Of a DNA stretch of 64,000 bases, positions 37,929-56,929 are shown in pieces. Below the pieces are notes generated by a model. That model made no database searches. It had not been told where the DNA came from and saw only the letters and a list, made by a program, of their open reading frames with translations. The position numbers and the translations under genes were made by a program. Source of the stretch: the human T2T-CHM13v2.0 reference genome, Homo sapiens. The stretch is from the NCBI RefSeq assembly GCF_009914755.1, contig NC_060943.1; one strand, 5' to 3'. The first letter of the stretch is position 1, and each line of letters begins with the position of its first letter.

Positions 37929-39649
37929 CTACGTAACTGCAATATTTAGCTGTTACTGTGTACTCATTAAATGCAGGTATTTTGAATCACTGGCATGCAC
38001 TGTGTGGCAGTAAAATTTCAGAGAATATATGCAGTGTAATTATACACAGAAGATTCTGAGAAATTTTTAATAAATAACCATTTAAAAGAAACTAGTTACT
38101 TTTTATGTTTTAAATATCTTCTTACACAAAATGAAATTGCTATAATCCAACTTTAGAAGAAAAGAATAGACATATTGTTAAATAAAAAATATATATATTT
38201 TGCAGAATAGGGTTAGACCCTCTGATATGTAAAACAAGTATTAGGAAATAAACTACATTATTATTTAGATATAGGCTGAAGAAAGTTGATGAAAATTCTG
38301 TAATTCCCTTTTGCCTGCAGCAAACTTGAATTTACAAGTAACTATTTTAGTAAATATGGAGTACCTACTAATTATCCAATTTACTTCAGGCATACCATGC
38401 AAATTCTAGCACACTGTCCTAAATTTCTGAATCTAAAATTATGACAAATTTGAAATAGAAAACAGAAAGTAAAAATGTATAGGGAGAGTGACCTCACTAA
38501 GATGAAAAGATTAAAAGTCCCCTATTTTCATATCCTCTTACAGCAAAAAAAGGTTAGCTATCCCTGACAAAAATGCCTTTATGAGAAAACCAGGCATTAT
38601 GGCTCACACCTGTAATGACAGCTTCATGGTACATTAAGGTAGGAGAACTGCTTCAGGCCAGGATTTTGAGACCAGTCTGCGTTATGTAGCAAGACCCCAT
38701 CTCCAAAATAAGTGCCTGTAAGATTTGAGATCCAGGGAGGGAGTTGTGAAATGCTGTTAAAGCTTAAGATTGAGAAGTGTTCTATTCAGAAGGCAGGCCC
38801 TCATTCAGGTGGGAAACTACAAGACCCCTGGTTCTTGGCTACAGACCAGGATAGGGTTCACCCAACTTGGTCCCACTGAGAATTCTGAACTTACTCTCTA
38901 ACTATCCGAAACTCCTCCCGGCCACAGTCTGGCAGAGGTCCTGCCATTCCAGAGACCTGGAGGAAGGTGCCCATTTACAGCCACGTAGGCAGGCCTGCAG
39001 ACCTTGGCCTTTACTGTGGTCCCTGGAACAGTTCAATGACTCAGTTTCATTTACCTGTGCCACAGTTTATGGTCAGTTCTGCCTACATAGAAACCCACCC
39101 AGTTACCTGAGGAAATGCTCTCTGGTACACAGTGAAAGCCACACTCATCCACATCCTGATACAACGCCCACCATATGCAGAACCGTGTGCAAAAACATGT
39201 CCTAATGTCTGCCCTATGGAGCAAAGTCCTGAAGGATATGCAGTCTGTCCAAAAATAAAATGGGAATTACAACTACCCAAGTCCCTGTATCAAGCCAACT
39301 AAAGGTGAACCCTAGTGCAGACCCAGCAGCCTTGTGACCAAGCTACAACCCCTCTTCACTACAAATTCAGAGGGAATCTCATCACACTAAGGGCCCAATA
39401 AAAGATTTTTTACTTTCTAAAATTAGTTTATGAAAACTTGAAGAGGTGTTTTGTTTTCTCCATCAAATTCAGACACCAATACAAAACTATATTGCGCCCA
39501 TTGTCAGTGCTTCTATTTTAATCTAGGACTGGAAGTATGTGGCAGAAGAATTAATGAAATAAATATATAAATCCATTGAAATAGAAAAATAAGTAAAATG
39601 CTGTTTGTAGATCATACAATCTTATTTTTAAAAAAACCAAACACAGTAC

Positions 39650-40790
39650 TTTTACATTTGCTGAGGTGTGGTTTACTTCCAACTATATTGTCAATTTTGT
39701 CAATTTTGTCCATTCAGGACATAGGCATGGGCAAGGACTTCATGACTAAAACACCAAAAGCAACAAAAGCCAAAATAGACAAATGGGATCTAATAAAACT
39801 AAAGAGCTTCTGCACAGCAAAAGAAACAACCATCAGAATGAACAGGCAACCTACAGAATGGGAGAAAATTTTTGCAATCTACCCATCTGACAAAGGGCTA
39901 ATATCCAGAATCTACAAAGAACTTAAACAAATTTACAAGAAAAAAAACAACCCCACCAAAAAGTGGGCAAAGGATATGAACAGACATTTCTCAAAAGAAG
40001 ACATTTATGCAGCCAACAGACACATGAAAAAATGTTCATCATCACTGGTCATCAGAGAAATGCAAATCAAAACCACAATGAGATACCATCTCACATCAGT
40101 TAGAATGGCAATCATTAAAAAGTCAGGAAACAACAGATGCTAGAGAGGATGTGGAGAAACAGGAACGCTTTTACACTGTTGGCGGGAGTGTAAACTAGTT
40201 CAACCATTGTGGAAGACAGTGTGGCGATTCTTCAAGGATCTAGAACTAGAAATACCATTTGATCCAGTGATCCCATTACTGGGTATATACCCAAAGGATT
40301 ATAAGTCATGCTACTATAAAGACACATGCACACGTATGTTTATTGCGGCACTACTCACAATAGCAAAGACTTGGAACCAACCCAAATGTCCATCAATGAC
40401 AGACTGGATTAAGAAAATGTGGCACATATTCACCATGGAATACTATGCAGCCACAAAAAAGGATGAGTTCATGTCCTTTGCAGGGACATGGATGAAGCTG
40501 GAAACCATCATTCTGAGCAAACTATCACAAGGACAGAAAACCAAACACCCCATGTTCTCACTCATAGGTGGGAATTGAACAATGAGAACACCTGGACACA
40601 GGGCAGGGAACATCACACACCGGGGCCTGTCATGGGGTGGGGGGATGGGGGAGGGATAGCATTAGGAGAGATACCTAATGTAAATGACGAGTTAATGGGT
40701 GCAGCAAACCAACATGGCACATGTATACCTATGTAACAAACATGCATGATGTGCACATGTACCCTAGAACTTAAAAGTGTAATTAAAAAA
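39650..40790 (+). mobile_element. 5'-truncated L1PA with a short 5' inversion
   Basis: ORF2 C-terminus ([10 protein letters not shown]..., ...HPMFSLIGGN*) and 3' UTR. An inverted EN-region piece lies at 39650-39708, with TSD-like AAAAAACC..ACACAGTAC at 39631-39649 and 40785-40805. Confidence 0.9.
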
Positions 40791-41719
40791 ACCCATACAC
40801 AGTACATTAAAACCTGTCTAAACCAATAAATACACTAATTAAATTAGGAAAATATAAAATTAACATAAAAGTATATCTATGGTTTCATACAGTTTAACTA
40901 TCTGATAAAATAAAGAAAAAATCTTATTTACTATAACATTAAATAATAAATTTCTGAGGAAAAAATTAACCAAGGAGGTAATACAAAAAAAAAGAATGAA
41001 ACAATTGGAGAAGATCCAAGTAAATTTTAAAATAGTTTATGTCTATGGATTGAAAGATTAAATATTACTGAAGTGCCATATTATCCAAAGTGATCTACAG
41101 ATTCAATGAACTTCCTATTAAAATTGCAGTGTTTTTTTTTCACAGTAATCAAAAATACAATTCTAAAATTTACATGAAACTAAAATAAACTTTGACTAGC
41201 CAAAGCAATCATGAGGAAAAAGAACAAAGCAGAAGGATATCATACTTAAAATTTCAAACTATACATTTCAAGACTATATAGTAATAAAACAGAAAAATGA
41301 ACAAAAAAATGGAACAGAAACTAATACTTTCACACACACATTTAAGACCTGATGCAAAAAGAGAACTTAAAGAGTTTTAGTTTCTCAAAATCATGCAGAT
41401 ACTTGTGTGTCCCCAAAACAATGGAAAAACAGCCAGATTGTGCAGTCTCTTATCTGTCATGAAGAGGACTTTGGCTCTCAGTGTGAACTTGAAGGAAGCT
41501 CACCGAAAGAAAAATAGAATTCTTAGAGAATTGAAAAGCATAAGACAGAAGATGCCTCTTTGTGAGAGCAAAATTAAAAGAAAAAAGAAAAGAAAAGAAA
41601 AAAAAAGCTGCCCAGGAACTATTTCCTTGGGAACACAGCTTCCCAAATCACATTTTAAGGACTCGCTTTCTCTTTGACCTTGGGACCTCTATCTGTGTTG
41701 TCTGTCCTATTCATTTTCA

Positions 41720-41860
<141 letters not shown>

Positions 41861-42621
41861 TCATATTCTCCAATTACAAGCTAGTACTGTGCTCAGCAGA
41901 GAGGATGTGATAAAGTATTCTAGTAAATTAATACTAAAATACTAAGTTATAACAGAAATTTTTTTTCTTTTTTGAGGCAGAGTTTCACTCTTGTTGCCCA
42001 GGCTGGAGTGCAATGGCTCGATCTTGGCTCACCACAAGCTCCAACTCCAGGATTCAAGCGGTTCTCCTGTCTCAGCCTCCTGAGTAGCTGGGATTACAGG
42101 CATGTGCCACCACGCCCGACTAATTTTTGCGTTTTTAGTACAGACAGGGTTTCACCATGTTGGTCAGGCTGGTCTCGAACTCCTGACCTCAGGTGATCCA
42201 CCCGCCCGGACTCCCAAAGTGCTGGGATTATAGGTGTGAGCCACCAAGCCTGGCCTATAACAGAAATTTCTAAATATTTAGAAAATACTTTCAATTTGTA
42301 GGTTTCTTAATTTTACTACTGGGTTCTACTAAATCAAAAATTGGTGGTGGCAATTAGATTTTCAGGTGGGGGCAACAATATTTTATGCCACTAAATTTTT
42401 GGAATTACCACTAATTTGGAGTGAAGAACACAGCTCAACTCAGGAATGTGGAAAGTTTGGATTAAGATGAAACATCATGAAGAAATTCTTTTCTAAATGA
42501 AAAAATTCTGAAGATTTTTCTGGAAAAAGGAGATCTGAAACTCTTGTATGCAAAGAATAAATTACTAAAAAACATTCTACAAAAAAGAGAAATAAAACCT
42601 TTAGAGTAATATTATGAATTA

Positions 42622-42819
<198 letters not shown>

Positions 42820-43147
42820 TTAATTTGACTTCAGGTGAAATGAGAGAGTAAAGAGAAGTGGTTCTGACTTATAGGACTAAAATTATCCAATAAAATGATT
42901 TTCAACACAGAAATATTCTCTAATGTATTCTCTAACTCTGAGAAGAAAGAGCAGCACAAGATCCACAACATCAGTTCACATATGATATTTTTCTAGATAA
43001 TAAAGTATAAAATTACGGCCATGAACACGAACATGTACATTTTTGAGTGGTATATTTACATCATACGGAATGAGCAGTGAATATTTTTCAGATAGAAAAG
43101 AAATGTTGGGTTAGAAGGCACCTCTCAAATTTTAATATGTACAATAA

Positions 43148-43387
<240 letters not shown>

Positions 43388-43796
43388 TAGTAGAGATGGG
43401 GTTTCTCCATGTTGGTCAGGCTGCTCTTGAACTCCCAACCTCAGGTGATCCGCTGCTTCAGCCTCCCAAAGTGCTGGGATTATAGGCGTGAGCCACCGCG
43501 CCCGGTCAATTTTTTGAATTTCTAACAAGCTCACCAGTAATGCCAATGTTTTTGGCCCCAAAAGGATATTTTTTCAAACATTTAGTAAGTGGAAGAGCCT
43601 GTGTTTTCCCCCACATTTTCTAGCCTATAAACAAAGAGCCCTCATTTATCAAAGAAAATATGTAGGAAAAAAATAAGAAAGGACAGCTGCCAGATTAAAT
43701 GTGATGGTTTATGCACATCAGCTGCATAAAGATACTTAATAATAAAAATAACTCTATAGTGAAAAAAATCTCTCAGGGAGCTACTTAACCAAGTGA

Positions 43797-44030
<234 letters not shown>

Positions 44031-46838
44031 TAGCCAGGATGGTCTCGATTTCCTGACCTCGTGATCCGCCCGCCTCGGCCTCCCAAAGTGCTGGGATTAC
44101 AGGCGTGAGCCACTCTGCCCAGCCAATCATTAACCATTAACTGCACTAGGACAAATTTTTATGATATGCTAATGCTCACAGAAGAACACAGCATCACTGT
44201 TGAAATACTCCCCCCAAAAAAGTAAATTATAGTCTGAATTTAACCATAAAGAAACATCAGTTTTAGGCCAGGCGCAGTGACTCACGCCTGTAATCCCAGC
44301 ACTTTGGGAGGCACGAGGTGGGCGGATCACGAGGTCATGAGTTCGAGACCAGCCTGACTAACAGGGTGAAACCTCATCTCTACAAAATACAAAAATTAGC
44401 CGGGCGTGGTGGCGGGCACCTGTAATCCCAGCTACTTGGGAGGCTAAGGCAGGAGAATTGTTTGACCCCGGGAGGTGAAGTTTGCACTGAGCCAAGATCG
44501 CGCTACTATACCCCTGGCCTTGGTGACACAGCGAGACTCTGTCTCAAAAAAAAAAAAAAAAAAAAGAAACATGTTTTATGCAAACTTTAAAATACAGATT
44601 ACTCCTCTGTTCTGTAATTTTTAGTAGTAATTTTAAGTAGGCTTCACTTAGCTCCCTAGAGAGCAGGTATCTCTTAATAATTTTTTTCAGAACTTTCTGG
44701 GTAATAAATGCCATCTCATTTAAATAAGCATTTTCTTAATCTCGTTCTGCATAGAGCTAATAGAACACACAGATGGAGCCTCAACATTACATGTTCTCCA
44801 TCTTTACTAAGGACCAGAGTTTTACCCAATAGAAATCTTGAGTATCCACATCTTTCCATGTTCAACAGCCACAAAGGAAACATTTTTAATATTGCAGATT
44901 ATAAATTATTGCTGAGAATCCTGCATAGCATATAAGAAGCTATGATGCAGAGAATAAAGAGAAGGCTCTGAGATACAGGAAAGAAATATTTTTCAGAGAC
45001 CCTTGACTATCATAAGAATTTTAACAAGTAGTTAAACCAAACTTATTAGGGCAGAAAAACACAAGTAGAGAAGTAAAGTTTTGTAAGTACTAAACACAAG
45101 GCAGTCCAGGAAGCAGAGTGGACACAGCTCTTCATCTGATGCATGTTTACCTGAAGGGGAAGTTATTTTTTTTCTTCCTCCTTCTTCTCTGGAATTCATT
45201 CTCAGATGAGACTCTCTGAATAAATTACATCTGCATCTTGAGAATATGCTTTAAAGGTGTCAGTATTACATGTTTACCTGATAGCATGACATCAATTGGC
45301 AGAAAAACAAAAGGTTAACCCATTTCTGTCCTTTAAAACAGAAGAGATTCAGGAACAATGAGCTGCTCCATGAAAATAAGAATGTTTCTCCTTTCCTGTC
45401 CCCAGGTGCCCTCCCCTGCCACAGACACCAGCAATTTCTGCTACAGTAATGGAAATATGTGCCACACTGACCTGTCCCTACCAAGTCAAAACAGAATAGG
45501 CCCTGTGACCATCCTTTAGTGCAAAGGTGGAACTTAACTCTCATGAATGTATTTTGAAGCCCTCATACCTGATTCTGGCCTCACCTTAGAGTCATATGAG
45601 GCACTTCATTAAACAACATGGATGCTTCCACACACAACAATAAACAGAAGCTGTGGGGAGGGCACAAGAGATTTCTGCAAATTGGCCATGAGATCCTAAT
45701 GAGAAGCCTGGGCTGATAACCACTAAGCTAAGCATTGCCTCTCAAGCTTTAACGAGCTTATAAATCACTTGGTAATTTTGGCCCCACTTTATGTAGTGTG
45801 ATTTTGCAGGTTTGAAAAGGGTCCATGAATGGGTGTTTTAAACAAGTTCCCTGTCAATGCGGATGTTGCTCCCCCTTAGCTCATTATTAGCATTAGTTAC
45901 AGAAGCAGGAACAACACAGGGTCCCTTACACTCAGCACTCTTGTCACAACCAAATACTTCTGGTACAGATAAGGACAACCCATCTCCATCCTAAAGTTTT
46001 ATATTCTTTGCTGGTTCTTTACAGACAAAACAGAAGGCAGCAATGTCTGAGTAAGTCTTGATTTAAAAAGCAACATGTACACATTTACTAATGCAATGTT
46101 TATTAAGCAGGTACTATGTGCTCAAGAGTATGATACAGAGCACTATGCTGGGTATTCTCATAACATCCTGGGAGCTGGCACTAAGGGTTTAATAATTTCC
46201 AGGATGTAGTTAAAGGTCCCAGCATTTTTATTTCTTCTATTTATCGGTCATCAAAATTTTTTTAAAAATTGTATAGAATAAAAGCTAAATATAGACAGAT
46301 GGAAGAGATATAGAAGGAAGAGTTTAATGTATTATAGAGATAATTTTATTCTATTCATATTTACTTTTTTGTGACTTATGGAGCAACTACTGGATCTGCA
46401 GGAATAGAAAACAAGTTGCTAATTAGAATGTTTCTGCAAGCATTGGTTTTAATACAACATTTAAAAACTAAGACCCTAAAATACATACTTTATTTTTCTC
46501 ATTTATATGCTTTTGGGTTTCAGAAAATTGTGAGCACCAGCTCTAGAAATGCAGTAGGATTTACCAGCCAAAACTCTGATCTCTTCTAATCAGTTCTGTG
46601 AGGCAAGACTCCATGGTAGGGTCAGAACTAAATAGTCTCCAAAAAGGGTGAATCTGAATAGGTCTGGGGCAGGGTGAAGACACTATGTAGAATTCTGTTC
46701 TCTATGCCACTGGGGTACTTCCAGTTTTGTTTTTCCTAAGCTTACCTAAAAGAAATGTAAATCCAGAGTTTCTGCAATTTTAATCTTTTCTAGCCACTGC
46801 CCTGTCAACTTTATACTATATACTAATATGCAATTTAA

Positions 46839-47096
<258 letters not shown>

Positions 47097-49125
47097 TGAT
47101 TCGCCTGCCTTGACCTCTCAAGTGCTGGGAATACAGGCATGAGCCACTGTGCCTGGCCTTTCTAGGGTAATTTTATTAGAAAATAAATACGTACACTTAA
47201 AGAAAAAGAAATAGAAATTATACTGCTGGGTGTAGTGTCTCACGCATGTAATCCCAGCACTTTGGTAGGCCGAGGTGGGTGGATCGCGAGGTCAGGAGTT
47301 CAAGACCAGCCTGACCAAGATGGTGAAACCCCATCTCTGCTAAAAATACAAAAATTAGCCGGATGCGATGGCAGGCACATGTAATCCCAGCTACTCAGGA
47401 GGCTGAGGCAGTAGGCTCACTTGAATCAGGGTGGCAGAGGTTGCAGTGAGCTGAGATTACACCATTGCACTCCCTCTCAAAAATATAAAAAAAAGGAAAT
47501 TATAATAACGGTTCTTCTCTTCATAAATATGCCTTCAGATGTAGACATCAGAAGCCACAACAATATAAAGTGGCCTAAATAAAGCCCAAGATTTTAGACA
47601 CATTGTATTTGTTGTACCAACCATATGATGCACAATTCAATTATTTATCCAGCTGCTAGTCTAGACTAAAAGTTTCTGGATTGTAGGAACCATGACTGCT
47701 TCATGTTTTTTTTTTTTTAAATGGCTATATGAAATGGAAGCTACTAGTTTATCTATTTGGGTCTCCAGATCTCCTCCTTGTTTATCATCCAAGTACCAGG
47801 AAACTGGAGAAACTCTCATCTGGGTACCAACCAAAGACATCTCTTGTATGAGGGGATGAACAAACACAGATGACTCATTTCTCTTACACTGAGACAGAAG
47901 CAGAATTAACTCCTGTCAGCCTGACACAATTCTGCATGGGACATCTCAAATGCCTCAAAGACACCTAGGTGATTTTGAAGGAATTCCCAGTCACCCTGGG
48001 CCGCTGGCCCAATGATAAGCCAGGCTGGAGAGACTCAGGCTGATTCTAAATAGAAAATGGAACTTCCCTGGTGGAACTCCACAACCTGGATCACCCATTC
48101 TGATTTACTAGCTCTTGGGTAAGAGAAAGAACAAAAATACTCTACTCCAGTATCACATTTTACAGGTGAATATAGTTGTGGTTGTGATCATGGCTCTGGA
48201 TACTTTGCAGCCTTGATCTCTCACTACAGATTATGCCATCACATTCTATTTCCTCCTGGAGCCTCTGACCTCACTGTAGCAGGTCAATGAACAAGATGTG
48301 AAACATCTCAAAGAGCCACACTCCCAATGCAGAAAATGCCTTTTGTTAGTTTTCTGTACATTCTCTATCCAAAGTCTGGCCCTTTTTTATCTGCAGATTC
48401 TAGGTAGGATCAACTTGGCTCTGTATCCTTTGGTGTTACAGTAAGTGGAGTACAATTAAAGGAGAAATCTTAAGAAAAAGCTCAGATTAGATATGAGATT
48501 GATCAAGTCAGCCAGAAAATATTCCCCTAAAAGCAATTTCTCTCTCAACACCCAAAGTACACAGCTACTCTCAGCATGAGAAACATGAACATTATGGAGA
48601 AAGGGGGCAGATTTTCAGAATACTTTTATAAAGTTTCTTTTCCATCTCTGCTGCTCTCTCATCTCCTAGCCATTGAATAGGGGTTCTATATTTAAATACA
48701 TCTGACAACTTCCAACAACACTTTTTGATGAAGAAATAGAATCTGACTGTGTTCATATAGTGGAATACATTAGAGCTTGCAATATAACTAACTAAAGAGC
48801 TATGTTGGTGGTGTTTGGGTGGCCACATCACCTGTCTTTATTTGTCCTGTAATAGCAGCATTCCAATTTAGTGAAATAAAAGATACTAAAATTGTGTTTA
48901 CTCATAATTATCCCTATTGAATAAAGTAATAAACATGTCAGACTAATATCTACTATAACAATTTGGTAGTAAATTTTCTTTGGATATTAGATATAAATAT
49001 CTAAGCATTAATAATTTTAATGAACTAGTCATAATGTATGTAGCATTTTTAAAAATTGCAACTATATTTCAATTAAAACTTTTACACTTTCAAAAGTGTA
49101 AATAATATTAAAATAACCATTTAAG

Positions 49126-50418
<1,293 letters not shown>

Positions 50419-50855
50419 CCCTGGGTGGGAGAGAGTGCAATGTAGGTGAGAGGACTGATTTTTGGTACAGATAGTGGTCCCAGTGGGGCTGTACTCTATT
50501 TATTTCCGTGTGCATGCAGGCAGGTGAGATTATGAACAGCTGGTCCAAAATGCTAGGATGGTGGAGAAAACAGGTTGCTGCTGCAGATTCAGTGTCTGTG
50601 AGTGGGAATATGCTAGGAGACTTGTAGAGACTTGTGGATTCTTGGCAAGAAACACTAGGATCAAAAATGCCATTGTGGGCCGGGCGCTGTGGCTCATGCC
50701 TGTAATCCCAGCACTTTGGAAGGCTGAGGCAGGAGGATCACGAGGTCAGGAGATCGAGACCATCCTGGCTAACATGGTGAAACCCCATCTCTACTAAAAA
50801 TACAAAAAAAAATTAGCCAGGCGTGGTGGCGGGCACCTGTAGTCCCAGCTACTCA

Positions 50856-51050
<195 letters not shown>

Positions 51051-51279
51051 TCAATGTCTAGTGTGTGTGTTCGTGAGTGGGTGGGAATCCTGTGGTGGCA
51101 GCTGTGGGAAAAGGGGGTCTGTCATCAGAGCTTCTTTCCTCTACATTTTCAGTCCTCTGTCACCCTGAGAGAAGACCTGGGATCACAGGACAACGGGCAG
51201 TGTGACAGCCTGTGTACGACAGAGCAGAGCCTCCCATTCCCAATCACCCAAAGTTTTATTCCAGGCCAGGCCTCCGTGG

Positions 51280-51650
51280 TATCTTTTTTCTGGCACCATA
51301 TCTGTAGAGTCTGCTGAACATCAAACAATTCTCCAACACTAACTTATTGTCTCACATTTGAATTCTGACAGCACCCAGAGTCATCGTAGACCCTGATTCA
51401 GGGCTCAGTCCCGCAACATTGTCCTCATGGCAGATGCCAGTCACAAACCCCAAGGGCCCATCTATGCTTCTGAGCTACTGTTTAAAACCTGGGGAGTCCC
51501 ATAACCTCTCTGAAGTTCAATAATTTGGTAGAGCTACTCACAGAATCATCAAAATACTGTAGTTATCTTTACTGGTTTAATATATAAGATGCAGCCCTGG
51601 AAAAGCCAAATGGAAGAAATGCACAGAACAAAGAAAAGAGATGGGGAAAG
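51280..51650. mobile_element. MER21-like LTR fragment
   Basis: agggctcagtcccgcaac..cagatgccagtcacaa..ttcaataatttggtagagctactcacagaa resembles MER21-family LTRs. Confidence 0.5.
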
Positions 51651-51667
51651 ATGAAACACATAGATAA

Positions 51668-52803
<1,136 letters not shown>

Positions 52804-53463
52804 AATAAAATATTTCTTAATCAAACTTAAGTTTATCTCCCTCCCTTGGGCTCCTGAACTTTGAGCTACCCTCAGTCTGAGTCAACATACAACCCCATTT
52901 TATGTCCCTCCTAAGAACATGCTGATTTCAGTGTAAAACATTCTCTGATCTAAGATCTGACTTTTTCACCCTCCATTTGCCATTCCCCTCCCACCTCCTT
53001 TCTAATCTTGTTTGCACCTCCCTAGGAAAGAAAGTGTTTTTCTGCCTACACCTTTGCAAGCCATAAAGATCTTATAGTTAGTTGGTATTTCCTCTCGTTG
53101 CAATACTTTTTTAGAATTTTTTTTACGTAAATCTAATTTTTTTTTTTTTTACAAAGTCTAGAAAGTACCTCAAAACAATAACAACTTCATCATCAGTAAG
53201 ACTCTCTCAGTTTCCTTTCATCTTAACCTCAACTGCATCTGCCTGTGGATCCCCAGCTTTCCAGGGCTCTGTGGCTTCTCTCAGAATAAAGGCTTCTTCT
53301 ATGGCTGGGGTGAGCAGGCTGAGACAGCTGCAGGGGTGGCTCCTCAGAAAGAACTAACTGGGCCTTTAATAACTTCCTCTCGCATGCTTAACATTAGCCT
53401 TAGCTTGGAGTCACTAGGTTCAAGCTTTAATTTCCATGTCAGAGTTATTCACTTGGTTTTTGA

Positions 53464-53854
<391 letters not shown>

Positions 53855-56592
53855 TAAGAAAAGCAAATATATCTACTTCTTTCAGACAACGTATTATTTT
53901 ATTATTTATATTAAAAACAATGTAGTAAAAAATTAGTCATATGGGAACACTTCTAGAAGGTACCACATTTCATCACATATAATTTAGCATTAAACTCAGA
54001 AATCAAGACAACAGGAAATAGAACCAAGATATTCACTGTCACAAATTTACCCTGCAAAAAGAGGAACTGATGTTTTGACGATCTATATAACTCATCAATT
54101 ATCTACCAGATTTTCCTGTGGAAACATTTTCATTGTCTACAGACAAAATGGAAGAGAGATTTTCTCTACTTTTTTCCTTGGTAGCTAGCATTCTTAAAGC
54201 TAAGGCTTAGAATTCTGTTTGAAATCACTCAGCCATAAAAAACACATCTGAGAAAATTCCTGAACTCACTCTGGGAAAGAAAAAGGTAAATGAGAATTAT
54301 TAACAAATAGAATGATTAGAAACTAATTTTTTAAAACTCATCTCTTTTATGTGCTTTGTAAATATTTTTTTACCTTTCAAGCCCTACTAATAAAATGCAA
54401 ATTACAGTTAAAACACTGATGCAGCTGAGTGCAGTGGCTCATGTCTGTAATCCCAGCACTTCGGGAGGCCAAAGCAGGTGGATCGCTTAAGAACAGAAGT
54501 TTGAAGCCAGCCTGGTCCATCTCTACTAAAAACACAAAAACTAGCCGGGCGCAGTGGCGGGCACCTATAGTCCTAGCTATTGGGGAGGCCGAGGCATGAG
54601 AATCACTTGAACCCAGGAGCCAGGGGTTGCAGTGAGCTGAGATCGAGCCACTGCATTCCAGCCTGTGCAACAGAGACTGTTTCAAAACAAAACAAAAACA
54701 ACAACAGCACAAACACCTGAGGTTAAAATAAGTGAACAAATCTTTTCAAGGTACAGATCCTATCACCCACCCCATCCTGTTCAGGTACATGCTCAATAAC
54801 TACCCTCCCAGGAGACACCGCGCCATGCCCCAGTGAGTGCCCCACGTGCATTTTACTTTGTTAAGTTTTTACGCCCTCTCACTGGGGTCAGTTTTTTTTG
54901 TCTTTTGAAGTGTTTTTTCACTACTTTTCTGCTCCCCACCCAAGAGAATCCAGGGGTCAGAAATTATTTGTTTTCCCCTCAATACCAGCATCTGATTGTC
55001 TGACCAGCAATGTGTCTCCAAGAAATGGAAGCTAGGTTGGGTGAAGAAAATCTTCATGTCTCAAGGGGTTAGCTTTTCAAAAAAAAAAAAGAAAAAAGTG
55101 CACCAGGATCTGCCTTTCAACCCCAAGGCTGCCACCTGCTCCCTTAAGAGGCTACACTCCATACTTCAGGTAGTCCTATGGGAGAAAATGACCCAAGAGC
55201 TAACAGTCACTAGACACTCTAGCAGACATAGCCATGGTGGGTATCTTGGTTTATCCCCAGAAAGTACTAAAACCCAGGACCAGAAAAAAACTGAAGGTTG
55301 GCTGAGGACACATCACCCTATTAAGTTTCCAGAGGGTAATCTTGACCCAAAAACATTCGGTAAGTTCTCTGGAAAAATAAAAGACAAAGAGGCACAGATA
55401 TTTTTTACAATACAGTGTCAGGGGATTATTCTTTGCTTTCTTCTCATGGGAAATATTTACAAACAGAAAACAAATCTTTTCAATAGTGTTATGCAATACT
55501 TTTTAAAAAATGACTATTGGTCAGGCGCAGTGGCTCACGCCTGTAATCCCAGCACTTTGGAAGGCTGAGACGGGCGGATCACGAGGTCAAGAGATAGAGA
55601 CCACCCTGGCAAACAAGGTGAAACCCTGTCTCTACTAAAAATACAAAAATTAGCTGGGCGTGGTGGCACGCGCCTGTACTCCCAGCTACTCAGGAGGCTG
55701 AGGCAGGAGAATCGCTTGAATCCAAGAGGCGGACGTTGCAGTGAGGTGAGATCGCCCCACTGCACTCCAGCATGGCGACAGAGTGAGACTCCATCTCAAA
55801 AAAAAAAAAAAGATTGAGGAACATGGGGTACACCTGAGGCCCTGCTTGGGACACATGTGAAAAACGCCAGGGAAAATCAGTCCCCTGTGGGATGTGAAAA
55901 TAATTAAGTGGCAGGCAATTAGAATGAGGAAGCTCTAGTCCCCAGATTCCCACTTCTAAGGAAAAAAAACAAAACTCAAGTGTATTCTTTGGTAAATTAC
56001 TACATTAGGGGAAACAAAATTCAGGCTTAAGCAACTATAAACTGCCAATTAAACTCTGATTACATAACCAGGAAATTTCCATCTCGATTGTACAAATTTA
56101 AAAACTACCTAACTAGGCTGGGCGCGGTGGCTCACGCCTGTAATCCCAGCAATTTGGGAGGCTGAGGCGGGTGGATCACAAGGTCAGGAGATCGAGACCA
56201 TCCTGGCTAACACGGTGAAACCCATCTCTACTAAAAATACAAAAAATTAGGCGGGCGTAGTGGCGGGCGCCTGTAGTCCCAGCTACTGGGGAGGCTGAGG
56301 CAGGAGAATGGCGTGAACCCAGGAGGCGGAGCTTGCGGTGAGCGGAGATCGCGAGACTCCACGCCAACCTGGCGACAGAGCGAGACTCAAATAAATAAAT
56401 AAATAAATAAAATAAAATAACAACTACGTAACTATACCTAATCAATTATTGAATTTGGTTTTCTTCATCATGCATTTCATAAATGTCTTTTCTTCAAGCC
56501 CCTCCCATGGACTACAAACAACAAACTGTAGCTGGGTGCTCTACAATTCTTGAATCACACTTTCATTAAATTATTTGATATTTTTGCGGTGA

Positions 56593-56820
<228 letters not shown>

Positions 56821-56929
56821 TGAACTCCTGACCTCAACTGATCAGCCCGCCTCGCCTCCCAACGTGCTGGGATTACAGGGGTGACCCACCACGCCCGGCC
56901 CAATAAATTTTTAATAGGAGAAAAGAGAA

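Noticed and set aside
39598-40578. 181-aa and 123-aa ORFs
   Set aside because: They are the broken C-terminus of L1 ORF2 in a 5'-truncated copy.
54996-55568. 190-aa plus-strand ORF in ZNF506 intron 1
   Set aside because: Non-ATG start, no recognisable domain, includes an A run and ends in an Alu.
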